Positions 31,182-45,478 of a DNA stretch of 64,000 bases are shown in pieces. A program made the position numbers and the translations under genes. The stretch lies in the NCBI RefSeq assembly GCF_009914755.1, contig NC_060935.1; one strand, 5' to 3'. The notes below the pieces were generated by a model that was not told the origin of the DNA, did not search any database, and saw only the letters and a list, made by a program, of their open reading frames with translations. The number at the start of each line of letters is the position of its first letter. Position 1 is the first letter of the stretch. This DNA comes from the human T2T-CHM13v2.0 reference genome, Homo sapiens.

Positions 31182-32856
31182 GTATGCTCCATGAATTGAA
31201 AGTACTGGAAATCAGAACTAAAGGTGATTTAGTCATATACACTTAAGATGGTTCATTTATGTGTAGTTTCTAATTACCTTTTTTTTACTTGTAAAATCAA
31301 TTTGAGGAGGTATAATTATTTTAATATGCATATACTTTAAATGTACAGTTTGATGGGTTTTGACAAATGTATACACTTGTGTAATCACCACATTGATAAA
31401 GAGGTAGAACATTTCCATTACCCCAAAATCTTTTCTCCCTCATATACCTTTACATTCAGTCACCCCTGTCACCCCTACCCACACATACTTTATCCCTGGC
31501 TCTAGACAGCCACTGATCTATTCAGCTTTCTTACATGATAGTTCGTTTGCAAAGAATTTCTCAAGTTGTAATTCATATAAATTTGTTACTTGAAATGGGG
31601 TTGTAACATGTGCTCTAGGTTTTTCTTTCGTTTTTTTTTTTATCTCTCTCTTATCACCCAGGCTGGAGTGCAATGGTGCGATCTTGGCTCACCGTAGCCT
31701 TGACCTCCTGGACTTAAGTGATTCTTCTGCCTCAGCCCTCCCATGTAGCTCAGACTATAGGCCTGTGCCACCACACCCAGCTAATTTTTATATTTTTTGT
31801 AGAGGCGGGGGTCTCACTTTCTTGCCTAGGCTGATCTCAAACTCCTAGGCTCAAGCAATCTACCTGCCTTGGCCTCCCAAAGTGTTGGGATTATGGGTGT
31901 TAGCCACTGCACCTCGCCTAGGTTGTTCTTAAAACAAAAACAAAAACTACCTGGAATAACAAAACTCTCCCTAATTGGCTGGATGCAGTGGCTCCTGCCA
32001 GTAATCCCAGCACTTTGGGAGGCTGAGGTGGGCTGATCGTGTAAGCTCACAAGTTCAAGACCACGAGTTCAAGCTCACGAGTTCAACATGATGCAACCCC
32101 ATCTCCACAAAAAATACAAAAATTAACCGGGTGTGGTGGCGAACGCCTGTAGTTTCAGCTTCTCTGGAGGCTGAGGTGGGAGGATGGCTTGAGCTCGGTA
32201 GGCAGGAGGTTGCAGTGAGCCGAGATTATACCACTGCACTCCAGCCTGGGCGGTAGAGCTAGAACTTGTCTCAAACAAAACAGAACAAACAAACAAAAAC
32301 TCTCCCTAATTGATAGAAGAAACAGTAAAGTTGAGAGAATTGGGTTGTTTACCTTATTTTATCAACAGGATGGTTTACAACTAGAGTCTGCCTTTTGTGA
32401 CTGTAGGCACACTAATCGCTTGTTGGTTTATGAATTTCTCTCTGATGGACTTTGGGGACCTTGATAAGACAGATCAACTTTTTGACCTACAATAAGAGCA
32501 TGGCTTATACTGTCAAAGCAACTTCCTTTGGGCTTTATGTACATGTCATGTGGTGTAAAGAGAGCTGGGCTGTTGCTGAAGAGGAGGCTCCATCTGTAGT
32601 TCATCATGTCACTTCAGAAAAGTTAATCTTGTTTCACATTTTGTTTATATCATTCGTTCGTTTTTACTCATAGAATTGTAAAATATTACTTTTACAATTA
32701 TATATGGAAAACTTACACTTTTATAATACTTTTATTTATGTTATTTAATTCATTGTAGTGAAAATCAAAGGAGATACTATAAAAGTGCTTTGGGAGACAT
32801 GATGTTTCTTTGTTTCATTTTTATTCTGAAGAGAATTATGATTTATTTACCACTAG

Positions 32857-33018
32857 CGTCCTGGGGCATTTGCTATTTACCTGGAGCCTTGGCATTTAGA
32901 CATCTTTGAATTCCTTGATTTAAAGAAGAACACAGGAAAGGAAGAGCAGCGTGCCAGAGATCTTTTCTTTGCTCTTTGGATTCCGGATCTCTTCATGAAA
33001 CGAGTGGAGACTAATCAG
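32857..33018 (+). CDS. RRM1: RRM1 exon 10 ([13 protein letters not shown]...RVETNQ)
   Basis: ctag|CGT ... CAG|gtgaga; 162 nt. Confidence 0.97.
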
Positions 33019-33393
33019 GTGAGAGATAGGTACTTGTTGGTAATAGCAACTTGATTCACATGAGCTTTCTCTTTTTTAGTCATCTTAAGTCATGCTTAGG
33101 AAGAGCCCATATGTGTGTGATGCCACAGAAGGCATTCTGAACAAGTTAAGAGATGCCGTGCTTGTCTTCTTATATTTCTATTCTCTAAAGTAGATGCTTT
33201 GTGACCTAAATGCTTAAAAGGTCATGTATAAACAGGCAGACCTAGATGTTTGGGCCTGAACCTGAAAATGATTATTTCTACAGCAAATTTCCAAGAGAGC
33301 TTGTAAAAGTCACCTTATGCTTGCAGTGTTTCTAATGGATTATGGTTGGCTATTTGAAGTTTCTTATGAGTGATTTTGTCCTTTCCTTTTTAG

Positions 33394-33473
33394 GACTGGT
33401 CTTTGATGTGTCCAAATGAGTGTCCTGGTCTGGATGAGGTTTGGGGAGAGGAATTTGAGAAACTATATGCAAG
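33394..33473 (+). CDS. RRM1: RRM1 exon 11 ([13 protein letters not shown]...KLYA)
   Basis: ttag|GAC ... GCAAG|gtatgg; 80 nt. Confidence 0.97.
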
Positions 33474-33848
33474 GTATGGGAAAAATATGAAAGAAAACAA
33501 TAATGTTTTAATCATGGTTTCTCTTATTTCAGGGGTCCAAATATCAAAAGTACTTGTCAAGAATCTTTTGAAGCATCTAAGAGAAAAAGTGACTAATAAT
33601 TTTGGTCAGATTTGCTTCCTGACTCTTCACCAAAATTGAGTTGTGTCTTCTTCTTTCTTAAAACTTTGGAATGTATAAATAGGTTCTTGGGATTTTTAAT
33701 TGATCCTTTTAAAAATTAAGATGACTAGTAGGGTTATTATTTTTCTCTGTCATATAGTACTTTTGATAAGCTATGCTTTATGTTGCATAAAGGAATCATG
33801 AGTGACTAGGACACATATGTCAGTAGTTTATTAAAATTAAATAGGTCA

Positions 33849-34194
<346 letters not shown>

Positions 34195-34435
34195 TTATTA
34201 TGAAAGATATTATTGGTTTAGTGGGATTGCGATCATCTGAAGGCACCTAAAACTGCCTCATTTTCCCCTATGGCTTTAGCTAGAGTAAAATAAATATCAT
34301 ATTCCTTTTTTTCTTTAGCAAAACTTAGAGAAAATTTAAGAGTTTTCATAACTTTATATTTTAATGTCTTCAAGTTGTCTACAATAAAGTTTTTTTAGGG
34401 AATATATATTAAATAATATTATCTGTGCCTTTCAG

Positions 34436-34637
34436 TTATGAGAAACAAGGTCGTGTCCGCAAAGTTGTAAAAGCTCAGCAGCTTTGGTATGCCATCATTG
34501 AGTCTCAGACGGAAACAGGCACCCCGTATATGCTCTACAAAGATTCCTGTAATCGAAAGAGCAACCAGCAGAACCTGGGAACCATCAAATGCAGCAACCT
34601 GTGCACAGAAATAGTGGAGTACACCAGCAAAGATGAG
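34436..34637 (+). CDS. RRM1: RRM1 exon 12 ([10 protein letters not shown]...[15 protein letters not shown]; catalytic N427/C429/E431, C429 at 34602-34604)
   Basis: tcag|T ... GAG|gtaggt; 202 nt; canonical NLCxE motif. Confidence 0.98.
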
Positions 34638-36114
34638 GTAGGTAGAAAAAATTCTTCCTAGAGTACTAAGAAGAGAACCTTAGGCAGTTATTATTTGTGA
34701 ATTCCTCACTTGATTTCACTTGAGATAAGTGAAGGGAGTTTGCATAGTTGTAAGCAGAAGAACACTGTTAAAGGCAGAGAGCAAAGGAAGGAAAGGGTAT
34801 GATCTGTGCCTATAAATGTTTTTTAGTCTAAGCCGTGTGGGAAAGACACAGTTTTTTCTTATACGCACATCACTGTAATAACATTTACTGAAGAAAAATA
34901 GAAATATACAGTTATGTTAGTTTAGGACACACACAAAAATGTGTTAGGATGTACATTCAATTTAAACTATGTAAGCCTTGAGCCTGGAAAGTGGAGGCTG
35001 CAGTGGGCTGAGATTGTGCCACTGTACTCCATCCTGGGCGACAAAGTGAGACCCTGTCTCAAAACAAACAAACAAAAAACCAAAAACAACAACAACAAAA
35101 GTATGTAAGCTTATAAAGAGAGTCCTTTCAGTGAATGGTGAGATCAAATTCTAATCTCAAGTCTGTAAAGAGACTTCACAGAAGAATCAAGGCTAGAAAT
35201 GGGACATGGATTTGGTGTTTTAAAAAAAAGTTTGAGAGAGGAGCTTTCCATTTGGAAAGAGTGGTCTGTATGATACACCAGAGACAGGGCTGGGTTTTAT
35301 GCAGTGTGGCAAGTAAGTCTGTTTTGATGGTGCAAGTAGATTAATTATTGGAATATGGAGAGATGGCTATGGCTGGGGGAAGGGAGATAGAAGGTAGAAG
35401 CTGACACGTCACGGATAGGTAGCCCTTGTAGGTTTCTGAGAGGAAAATAGCATCAAAATGTTAAGATGAAAAGGAAGGTTCTTGCTTCTGGTTACAGAGT
35501 GTCTTGCTGTGAGAAGGGATTAGAGGTTAGCCTAGGGAGATTGTTGTACTAGTTGGATGACAGGCTGCTTTGATCTTGGATGTAAACTATGGAAACGAGG
35601 AAGGAGTAGATCCTCAATTCTAGGACCTTAAAAAAAAAGACAAATGAAAAGTCAGGAAGTAAATGGAAAGTGAGTTAAATATACTGCTAAGGTTACAGTT
35701 TAATTCAAAATTTATTGTGCAGTAGCTATATGTAAAACACAATGTTAAGTGCTCTGAGAATATAAATAAATATGCTGCCCTCTGGAAACTTCTAATTTAG
35801 TTGGAAGACATCGACATATATTGAGGTAACTATTATGCAAGACAGATTATATTATAGAGGCTAGAGTGACATTTTTAAAATAAAAATCAGATAATGTCAT
35901 TTGTCTGCACAAAACTACTCTTTGGCTTGCTAACCCATGCAGAATTCCTTTTTTTTCGGGGGGCGTCAAGATTTCACTCTGTTGCCCAAGCTGGGCTGTG
36001 GCTCACTGCAACCTCAACAGAGTTCTTTCTTTTTGCAAATTGAGCTATAATTCACTCTTTTTAAAATGTACAATTCAGTGTTTTTTTTCTTTTCTTTTCT
36101 TTTCTTTTTTTTAG

Positions 36115-36446
<332 letters not shown>

Positions 36447-37936
36447 TGAGCCACCGTGACCGGCCTGTAGTACATTTTTATCACTGTAGATAATGAAACC
36501 CTTTATCCATTAGCAGTCACTCCCTGTTCCCTTCTTCCCTCAGCCCTTGACAACCACTAATATATTTTCTGTCTCTAGATTTGTGGACATTGTGGACATT
36601 CCATAGGAATGGAGTCATATAATATGTGGCCTTTTGTGTCAGGCTTCTTTCACTTAACATGTTCTTTTATTCATGTTGTAGCATGTATCAGTACTTCATT
36701 CCTTTCCATCCAGAGTTCTTACAGTGCCCTACAAGGTCCTACACAACTGGATAACCCACCTCATCTGCGGTTACTTTCCCCTTTGTTCACTTTGCTCCAA
36801 CCCTATTAATTTTCTTGCTTTTTCTCAAACATGTCAACCATGCTCCTACCTCAGGATTTTTGCTCCTTCTTCCCTCTTGAATGTTAAAATGCACCCCCTC
36901 TTCCCATAGCCACATGATTTGCTTTCTAACCTGTTCAGTTCTTTGTTCATATGTAACATTTTCAATGAGGTCCTTCTTGACAATTCTGTTTAAAAATTAT
37001 ACCCCCTTCATCTTTATCCCCAGTACCCTCTGTCTTCTTTTCCTGCCTATTTTTCTTCCTGGCATTTATTAGACTTCTGTGATTCAAGCTATATTTAAAA
37101 AAATGGGTATTTGGCAACATGTGTAGAATGGAGTAGATGTGAAGGGCATCAAGAGTTCAACTGGGAAACTTTCAGTAGTCCATGTGAGAGAAGTTAAGAC
37201 TTTGGCTTGGGATAGTCATAATCAAAATGGAAAAGAAAGTGTATTCATTCAACATTATCAAGACTTACTGTGTGCCAGATGTGTTGCTAGTGCTAAACAT
37301 ATAAATATAAATAAGATGATCCTTGTGTGAAGAAGCTCACTGCCTCGTGTAGTGGAGAAATCACTGGAAGAGCTTTTTCAGAAATCACAAATTGAGATCC
37401 ATTGTTGCTAAGGGCTTGTCAGAATATCAGTGAAGGTGAGGTGGACGTGTGTGTTTTGAAGAACTCTGCAGTGATGGAAATGTTCTGTATCTGATGGCTA
37501 TTGAGCACTTGAAATATGACTAGTGCAACTGAGAAACTCAAATTTTATTTCATTTTAAATAGATATATGTAGCCAGTGGCTACCATATTGCAGGGCACTC
37601 ATCTACTGAATAATGAGATAGGTATATGTAAAAAGCTAATTATAACATAGTGTGATATATGTCTGGTAATAGAGCTGTGTACTGTGGAACATAGGGTTCT
37701 CTCTCTCTCTTACCTATTTTGCTGATGCATGTTATAACTAACACATATGACTAGGTATTGAAGAAATAGAATCAGTGGGATTTAGAAATGGACTGATGAA
37801 TGATGAAGAGGGAGAAGTCAAATATAAAAATTTAAAATTTTAATGTCTGAGTATTAGAGGCTCACATGGTGGTGTAATTGACACAGGAAGTAGAAATAAA
37901 AATTGTGTGATTCTTGACCTGTTTTTTGCATTCCAG

Positions 37937-38086
37937 GTTGCTGTTTGTAATTTGGCTTCCCTGGCCCTGAATATGTATGTCACATCAGAACACACATACG
38001 ACTTTAAGAAGTTGGCTGAAGTCACTAAAGTCGTTGTCCGAAACTTGAATAAAATTATTGATATAAACTACTATCCTGTACCAGAG
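37937..38086 (+). CDS. RRM1: RRM1 exon 13 (VAVCNLASL...YYPVPE; redox Cys444)
   Basis: ccag|GTT ... GAG|gtatga; 150 nt. Confidence 0.97.
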
Positions 38087-38287
38087 GTATGAATAGATTT
38101 CTCTGCTTATTGGTAATTATTGAAATCCAAATTGAAAGGAATCAATCATGATCTTCAAGTCATCATTTAAATGGTTATCAATAAAATGGTTTGAGAAAAA
38201 GAGGTAGTCTGTCTCATTTGGTACAGAATGTTGCTTTTCCTGTTCAGTAATGTTTTCTCCTTTTCTTTAAAATCTGTTGACACAAAG

Positions 38288-38509
38288 GCATGCCTATCAA
38301 ATAAACGCCATCGCCCCATTGGAATTGGGGTACAAGGTCTGGCAGATGCTTTTATCCTGATGAGATACCCTTTTGAGAGTGCAGAAGCCCAGTTACTGAA
38401 TAAGCAGATCTTTGAAACTATTTATTATGGTGCTCTGGAAGCCAGCTGTGACCTTGCCAAGGAGCAGGGCCCATACGAAACCTATGAGGGCTCTCCAGTT
38501 AGCAAAGGA
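38288..38509 (+). CDS. RRM1: RRM1 exon 14 ([20 protein letters not shown]...SPVSKG)
   Basis: caaag|GCA ... GGA|gtaagt; 222 nt. Confidence 0.95.
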
Positions 38510-38548
38510 GTAAGTATATGGATGGAATTGTTTTTGCCTGTGAGTACC

Positions 38549-38989
38549 TGTAGTGGGCTGAATGGTGACCCCACAAAAGGATATGTCCACATCCTAATTC
38601 CTGGAACCTGTGAATTTAATTTCATTTGGTTCAAAAAAAGGTATTTTGCAGATGTAATTAAGAACCTTGAGATAAGGAGATTTACCTGGATTATCCAGGT
38701 GAGCCCTAAATCTAATGACAGTTGTCCTGCAAGAGGCACAGAAGGGGAAGCAACGTGACTATGGAGGCAGAAATTGGAGTGTTACAACCACAAGCCTTGG
38801 AATGCTGATAACCACTAGAAGTTATAAGAGGCAAGGAACAGAATCTCTTCTAGTGCCTCTGGAGGGAGTGTGGCCCTCCCAACATGTTGATTTTGGGCTT
38901 CTGGTCTTCAGAACTATGAGAGAATAAATTTTTGTTAAGTTACCAAGTTTTTAGTAATTTGTTGCACCAGCCATAGGAAACTTAAATAC
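38549..38989 (+). mobile_element. MLT1-family MaLR solo LTR starting 39 nt into intron 14
   Basis: TGTAGTGGGCTGAATGGTG...ATCCTAATTCCTGGAACCTGTGAA...AGAACTATGAGAGAATAAATT...TAGGAAACTTAAATAC. Confidence 0.8.
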
Positions 38990-40327
38990 CTTTGTCCTCT
39001 GGAGTAAAAAGGATACTCTGTTTTAATCTCTTATTTAGAACTAGTCATTGCTAAAATAATGTAAGAGGGATGCTGCCAATGTTAGTTTTCTGTGGGTTAA
39101 AACATGGCATTCGTTATCTCACAGTTTCCACAGGTCAGGAGTCCAGACTTAGCTTAGCTGGGCCTTCTTTTCTGGGTCTGTGTTCAAGATGTTGGTAAGG
39201 GCTGTGATCTCGTCTGAGACACAGAGTTCTCTTCCATGCTTACCTGGTTGTTGGCAGAATATATTTCAAGGACTCATGGCATCTTGCTTCTTTAAGGCCA
39301 GTGGGAGAGACCATCTCTCGTTTCAAAAGGGGCACAGTCTAGTCTCTTTTGAGGGTTTTCACCTGATAAGTTAGGTCCACATAGGATAATGTCCTCACCA
39401 CCCCCCTGTCCCGCTTTTTTTTTTTTTTTTTTGAGACAGAGTCTCACTTTGTTACCCAGGCTGGAGTGTGTGGTGTGATCTTAGATCACTGCAACCTCTG
39501 CTTCTCAGGTTGAAGCAGTTCTGCTGCCTCAAGTCTCCCGAGTTAGTAGAGATGGGGTTTTGCCATGTTGGCCAGGCTGGTCTTGAACTTGTGACCTCAA
39601 GTGATCCGCCTGCCTTGGCCTCCCAAAGTGCTGGGATTACAGGCATGAATCACTGCACCTGGCGTAATCTTCCTTTTATTTAACTCAGAATCGGCTGATT
39701 TGCAACCTTAATTACATCTGCAGAAACCTTTCACCTTTGCCATAATCGCTGGAGTGACATGCATCCTATTCTCAAGTCATGTCCATACTCAAGTGGAGAT
39801 TATAAATAGCCTGTGCACCAAGGTGTGGGAATCTGGGAAGCTGTCTTAGAATTCTGCCTTTCCCACTGCCTTTATTATCAGTACTATGATTCTTTACTAT
39901 ATAAAATGTTAATTTCATTTCTGACATTCCTGCTGATATTAGAAAATCTAATGTGTGGTTATTAGAAAATAGGTGTTTTTAGCTAAGTAAACAGATCAAG
40001 GGACAGATGAAGGCACTGAAGAAAGTAACATTTTTAGTGTTAAAAAAAGAGAATGTGTCAGCCACACCCTTTTATGAATGTTAGAGTTTTCTGGTTTGTA
40101 GATATGACATGGGATAATCAGTTTTCTTAGCCTGCTTCTGATCAATATGACTACATGGAATTTTGTCCAGGAAAATCTCTGGAGCTTGTATTCCTCATAG
40201 AGGTTGATTAGAAGACAGCATTTGTTGGGATGTGGGGACATGGCAGCTAGTCATTTGTGGGTTTTTTTTTTTTTTTGGTCATAGTTTTAACTTGCTGTAG
40301 AATAAATTTGAGTTGTGTATTCCTTAG

Positions 40328-40404
40328 ATTCTTCAGTATGATATGTGGAATGTTACTCCTACAGACCTATGGGACTGGAAGGTTCTCAAGGAGAAGATTG
40401 CAAA
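40328..40404 (+). CDS. RRM1: RRM1 exon 15 (ILQYDMWNV...KEKIA-K)
   Basis: ttag|ATT ... GCAAA|gtaagt; 77 nt. Confidence 0.97.
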
Positions 40405-41315
40405 GTAAGTGAAAAGATGTAAAGTAGCTTTGAAGGCAGAAGGGTTTAGGTTCACCTTCTGGATCTTCAGAAGTTAGATATGTCATTTTAACTTCTTAAA
40501 CTCATTTATTACAAATGGGGCTAAAATGGCCTATCTCACAAAACTATTTTGGGAAAAAACTTCGTAAGATAATATATATAGTAACCTGGAAGTTGCTTGG
40601 CACAATGAAAGCATTTCAGTACCTGGTAGGAATTACTATTATTAGTTGATCTTATTTTAGGGACTTAACACACCTAGATTAGGTAATTTTCTTTCTCATT
40701 AAGGCTTTTTTCCAACTATGATTTTTTTTTTTAAATGTTTTTCATTCTTATTTATTTCCCAATTTAGTTACATCGGGCATATAAATGGCTTTTGTTTGAA
40801 TTGATTGTCATAGGAATAATGGATTTTGGAAGAGTTTTTGGAGGGTAATGTGTTTAGACTATATGAAAAAAAATTTTTAAATTGAGTTTTTGTAGGCCTT
40901 TCAAACTAATAAGCATAAGGGATTCGAAGGCAGACAGAATGTTTTGCAGAGTGAATAACAAAGCAAATTGTTTTTGTTTTCTATCGTGATGACTTTGTCA
41001 TTTATGGGTTAATGCATATGCAAAGTGATTAATATTTGGAGAATGAAGCAGTAGCTTTAAAATGCTCTTTAAAAAAAATAACCGTTTGCCTTAAAATTGT
41101 TAAATTAAAATTGTTTTCCTACTCAAATAATACATGTTAGAAAATTTAGGAAAACATAGATTTGGAAAGAGAAAATGAAAATTATACTAATACTGCCTCC
41201 CCCAGAAAACCTGTGTGCATCTTAGTGTCTGTCATCCTTTAGGTTTTCTTCCAAGAGTACACATACATGTGTATTTACATGGAAATTCAACTTTTAAGAA
41301 AATGGACCTGTACTG

Positions 41316-41318
<3 letters not shown>

Positions 41319-41373
<55 letters not shown>
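41319..41373. repeat. (TA)n microsatellite fused to a T-run
   Basis: Read directly. Confidence 0.95.
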
Positions 41374-42289
41374 CCCCTCAAAATACTATGGCTTAGTTTT
41401 TTATATACATGACTTTTTTTCTAATTTCAAAATTAGTATATGAACACAAATTTATTATTAATAAAGCTCAAATACAGAAATAAAATAGAAAGTAAAAGCC
41501 CTTCTTCATACTTCTGCCAACCATTTGTCTCAGAAAACAAACCAAAAAAGTAACTTATTCTTTTTCCCAGAGATAAGACTTGTTAATGGTGTGTATTTTT
41601 CTAGATCTTTTTCAGTACATTTGCAGATAGGTACACATACACGGTTTTGTCATATAAATGTGATCAAACTTGATGTATTCTGGGCTGGGCACCATGACTC
41701 ACGTCTGTAATCCCAGCACTTTGAGAGGCTGAGGTGGGTGGATCACTTGAGGTCAGGAGTTCAAGACCAGCTTGGGCAACATGGCGAAACTTAGTCTCTA
41801 CTAAAAATACAAAAATTAGCTGGGCGTGGTGGTGCATGCCTGTAATCCCAGCTACTTGGGAGGCTGAGACATGAGAATCACTTGAACCTAGGAGGTGGAG
41901 ATTACAGGGAGCCGAGATCATGCCACTGTACTCCAGCCTAGGTAACTGTGACTCTGTCTCAAAAAAAAGACTTGATGTATTCTGAGACTTGTTATTTAGT
42001 GATTTATTTTGGAGCTCTTTCTCTTTTAGTACCTGTAGGTCTACCTAATGTTTTTAATTATTATAGACAATTCCATAGTTTGAATATATCATATATGTAG
42101 GACTTTTCACAACATTTACCTGTCTGTAGACAGATGATGTTGCTATTTTACAGATGAGGAAGTAAAGACATGAAGATAGTTGGTGGTTTGCTTGATACCT
42201 CACTACAAAGTGACAGAGTAAGGTGGAGAACCACCCCCCAAAAAAAGTAAATAAAAAAATAATAATAACTAAAAAGTAGAGAACCCAGT

Positions 42290-42652
42290 TGTATTAGTCG
42301 ATTCTCACACAGTTATAAAGAACTGCCTGAGACTGGGTAATTTAAAAAGGAAAGAGGTTTAATTGACTCACAGTTCCGCAGGGTTGGGGAGGCCTCAGGA
42401 AACTTACAATCATAGCAGAAGGGGAGGCAAACAGGTCCTTCTTTAATACGGTGGCAAGCAAAGTGCTGAGTAAAGGGAGAAAAGCCCCTTATAAAACCAG
42501 ATCTTGTGAGAACTCACTATCTCATGAGAACAGCATGAGGGTAACCTCCTCTGTGATTAAATTACCTCCCACCAGGTCCCTCCCGTAACGTGGGGATTAT
42601 GGGAACTACAGTTCAAGATGAGATTTGGGTGGGGACACAGCCAAACTATATC
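42290..42652 (-). mobile_element. THE1/MST-family MaLR solo LTR
   Basis: TGTATTAGTC...GAGACTGGGTAATTT...GAGATTTGGGTGGGGACACAGCCAAAC, typical reverse-strand THE1. Confidence 0.85.
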
Positions 42653-43554
42653 CAGTTGTACAGACTCCGTCAGGATATGAGGCTGTATGCTAAGCACTGT
42701 ATGAATCCATAGGTATAGAATGTAGGAAAGACAGGCTCTTTGTGTTTTAAAAACTTGAGACTAAGAAAACAAGTAGTTAAGGTATACGGAAAGGTACAGG
42801 TCAGAGAAAATGTTTGCAGAGTAGATATTTGTATTTGACATTTGTATTTGTGCCTGCCTGATGAGGAAAGATGTTTTAAAATTGCTATCAATTAGGCTGA
42901 GCTTTGAAGGTGAGCCAGGGGCAGTTGGGAGATTTCTCAGTGTGTCAGATAGTATATTTTCTCTTATTAGTCAAAAGATGTTAACCTTCTTGCAGGAACT
43001 TATAATTGAAGAATATACTTTGAGCATAATTTCTTCCTCTTTACAGGATAATGGAGAATTGTGGTGATATTTCTCTGATTCTGAACACTTTCTCATCATT
43101 ATTTTTCCAGAAGGGGCCTAGCACAATGATTTTATAGGCACTTGGAAAAGAGTGAGGGTTGGATGAGTGTAACCTAATACAGGTGGGGAGCGCTTCAACA
43201 GTGATTTGAATATTTCCCTACGCAAGATAGTGTATCAAGTGTTATGATTCCTGAGTGCCACAGTCCAAGCGGCATAAATCATGGTATGATAAGGATAGCC
43301 AACAATAAAAATTGTACTAATTCAGTTTAGGAGTCAGGCATTTAAGAGGAGAGTGGGCTATAATAGCACCCATACTGTGGAATTGCCTCCCTGTAGGAGT
43401 TTAATTTGAAAGTCAACGTGTGAGTTCAATGCATGTACGATGTTATGTTTACATTTACTACATTTATCTACATTTACTACAGTGACTTAAAGTAGCTGCT
43501 TTCCTGGCAGATTGTAGCTTTGGGACTAGTACCTGATAATCTCCTTTTCTTTAG

Positions 43555-43690
43555 GTATGGTATAAGAAACAGTTTACTTATTGCCCCGATGCCTACAGCT
43601 TCCACTGCTCAGATCCTGGGGAATAATGAGTCCATTGAACCTTACACCAGCAACATCTATACTCGCAGAGTCTTGTCAGGAGAATTTCAG
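43555..43690 (+). CDS. RRM1: RRM1 exon 16 ([22 protein letters not shown]...SGEFQ)
   Basis: ttag|G ... CAG|gtgagc; 136 nt. Confidence 0.97.
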
Positions 43691-44421
43691 GTGAGCAGTT
43701 CACAACCAGCCTTACAGGGAGATCTTTCAAAAGCCTGATGTTGGGAGTAAATGCTCACTCATGTTTAATTTGCCCATTTTCTTAGTTTGGGTGCAAACTT
43801 TGATAGAGACAGTCATCTTCATCTCTAATATTATTATTTGTTATTAATATTTCAGCACAATAGGCATTTAATAAATAATCTGTTGAAAGAATGAGTGAAT
43901 GAGGGTCGAGTATGAAAGTAAGTTGTTGATAGTTAAACATGATGTTTAACCATTATGTAATCATAGTGATATATTCTATAACTTCTCCCAGATGCTTAAG
44001 TTAGGATACTCAAAATGTATAAAGAAGTATCATTTAAGGCAGTGGTTCTCAGACTTGGTTACCAATTAGAATTTATGGTGGGTGAGACCAGTGGTTTTTT
44101 CTTTGTTTTTAAGGTTCCCAGGTAATTCTTATGTGTAGCTAGGGTTGAGAACCTCAATTTAAAAGACTATTTGTGAATTTCCAGATATCTTGAAGTAAAG
44201 TTCTGTAAAGTTCGAGAAGGATACGTTTCCAATTTTTTTAACCTAAGTATTTATAGATTTACCCATCTTAGGCGCTATTCTTTTCACTTTTGCAAACGCC
44301 ATATGTTTCTTTTTTAATGAAAATATTTTTTCAGCTTTATTAAGGTATAATTGACAATAAAAATTGTGTATAAATCCAAGGTATACAGTGTAATGATTAG
44401 ATATGTGTATATATTATATAA

Positions 44422-44628
<207 letters not shown>

Positions 44629-44831
44629 TGAATAACAGATGTCAAGATCTTAAAGGAATATAGCTTTCGTGTGGTGGCATTGATGTCTCGTCTTTATAAA
44701 AGATAGAATTTACCAAGCAATCTAGCATTAAATAACTCTTAAGTGATTTTAGTTTAAGCTTCAAAGCTGTAGTCTTTTCTAAGCAGTCACTGTTATTTAT
44801 TTCTTCATACATTTTCTGCTTTTCCATTCAG

Positions 44832-44927
44832 ATTGTAAATCCTCACTTATTGAAAGATCTTACCGAGCGGGGCCTATGGCATGAAGAGATGAAAAACCAG
44901 ATTATTGCATGCAATGGCTCTATTCAG
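44832..44927 (+). CDS. RRM1: RRM1 exon 17 ([10 protein letters not shown]...NGSIQ)
   Basis: tcag|ATT ... CAG|gtatag; 96 nt. Confidence 0.97.
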
Positions 44928-45229
44928 GTATAGAATGAAAATGAAGTGTGCTCTGCAGGGGCTGAGTTGGACATTGTGGTACCTCCTCACTCATGCTAGA
45001 CAATGGAGAGAATGACTTCATTGTGTTCATCTAGGTTTTGCTTGTGTAGCTCTGTTCACCTCTGCATTGTTGTGCTAGGATTGTACACATCTTTACATAA
45101 CCCTTACCATCTTGTTTTTATGCAATAATATAAAAAAGTAGTTCTCAATTTTTCTGCATCTTAGAATCAATTGGGGAGCTTTTAAAATCCTGAAGCTTAG
45201 GTTGCATTCCTTACCAATTAAATGTCTAG

Positions 45230-45478
<249 letters not shown>

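Noticed and set aside
43553-43560. AG|GTATGG at the start of exon 16 as a recursive splice site
   Set aside because: Explained by Lys-Tyr-Gly codons; the intron is short and there is no independent evidence.
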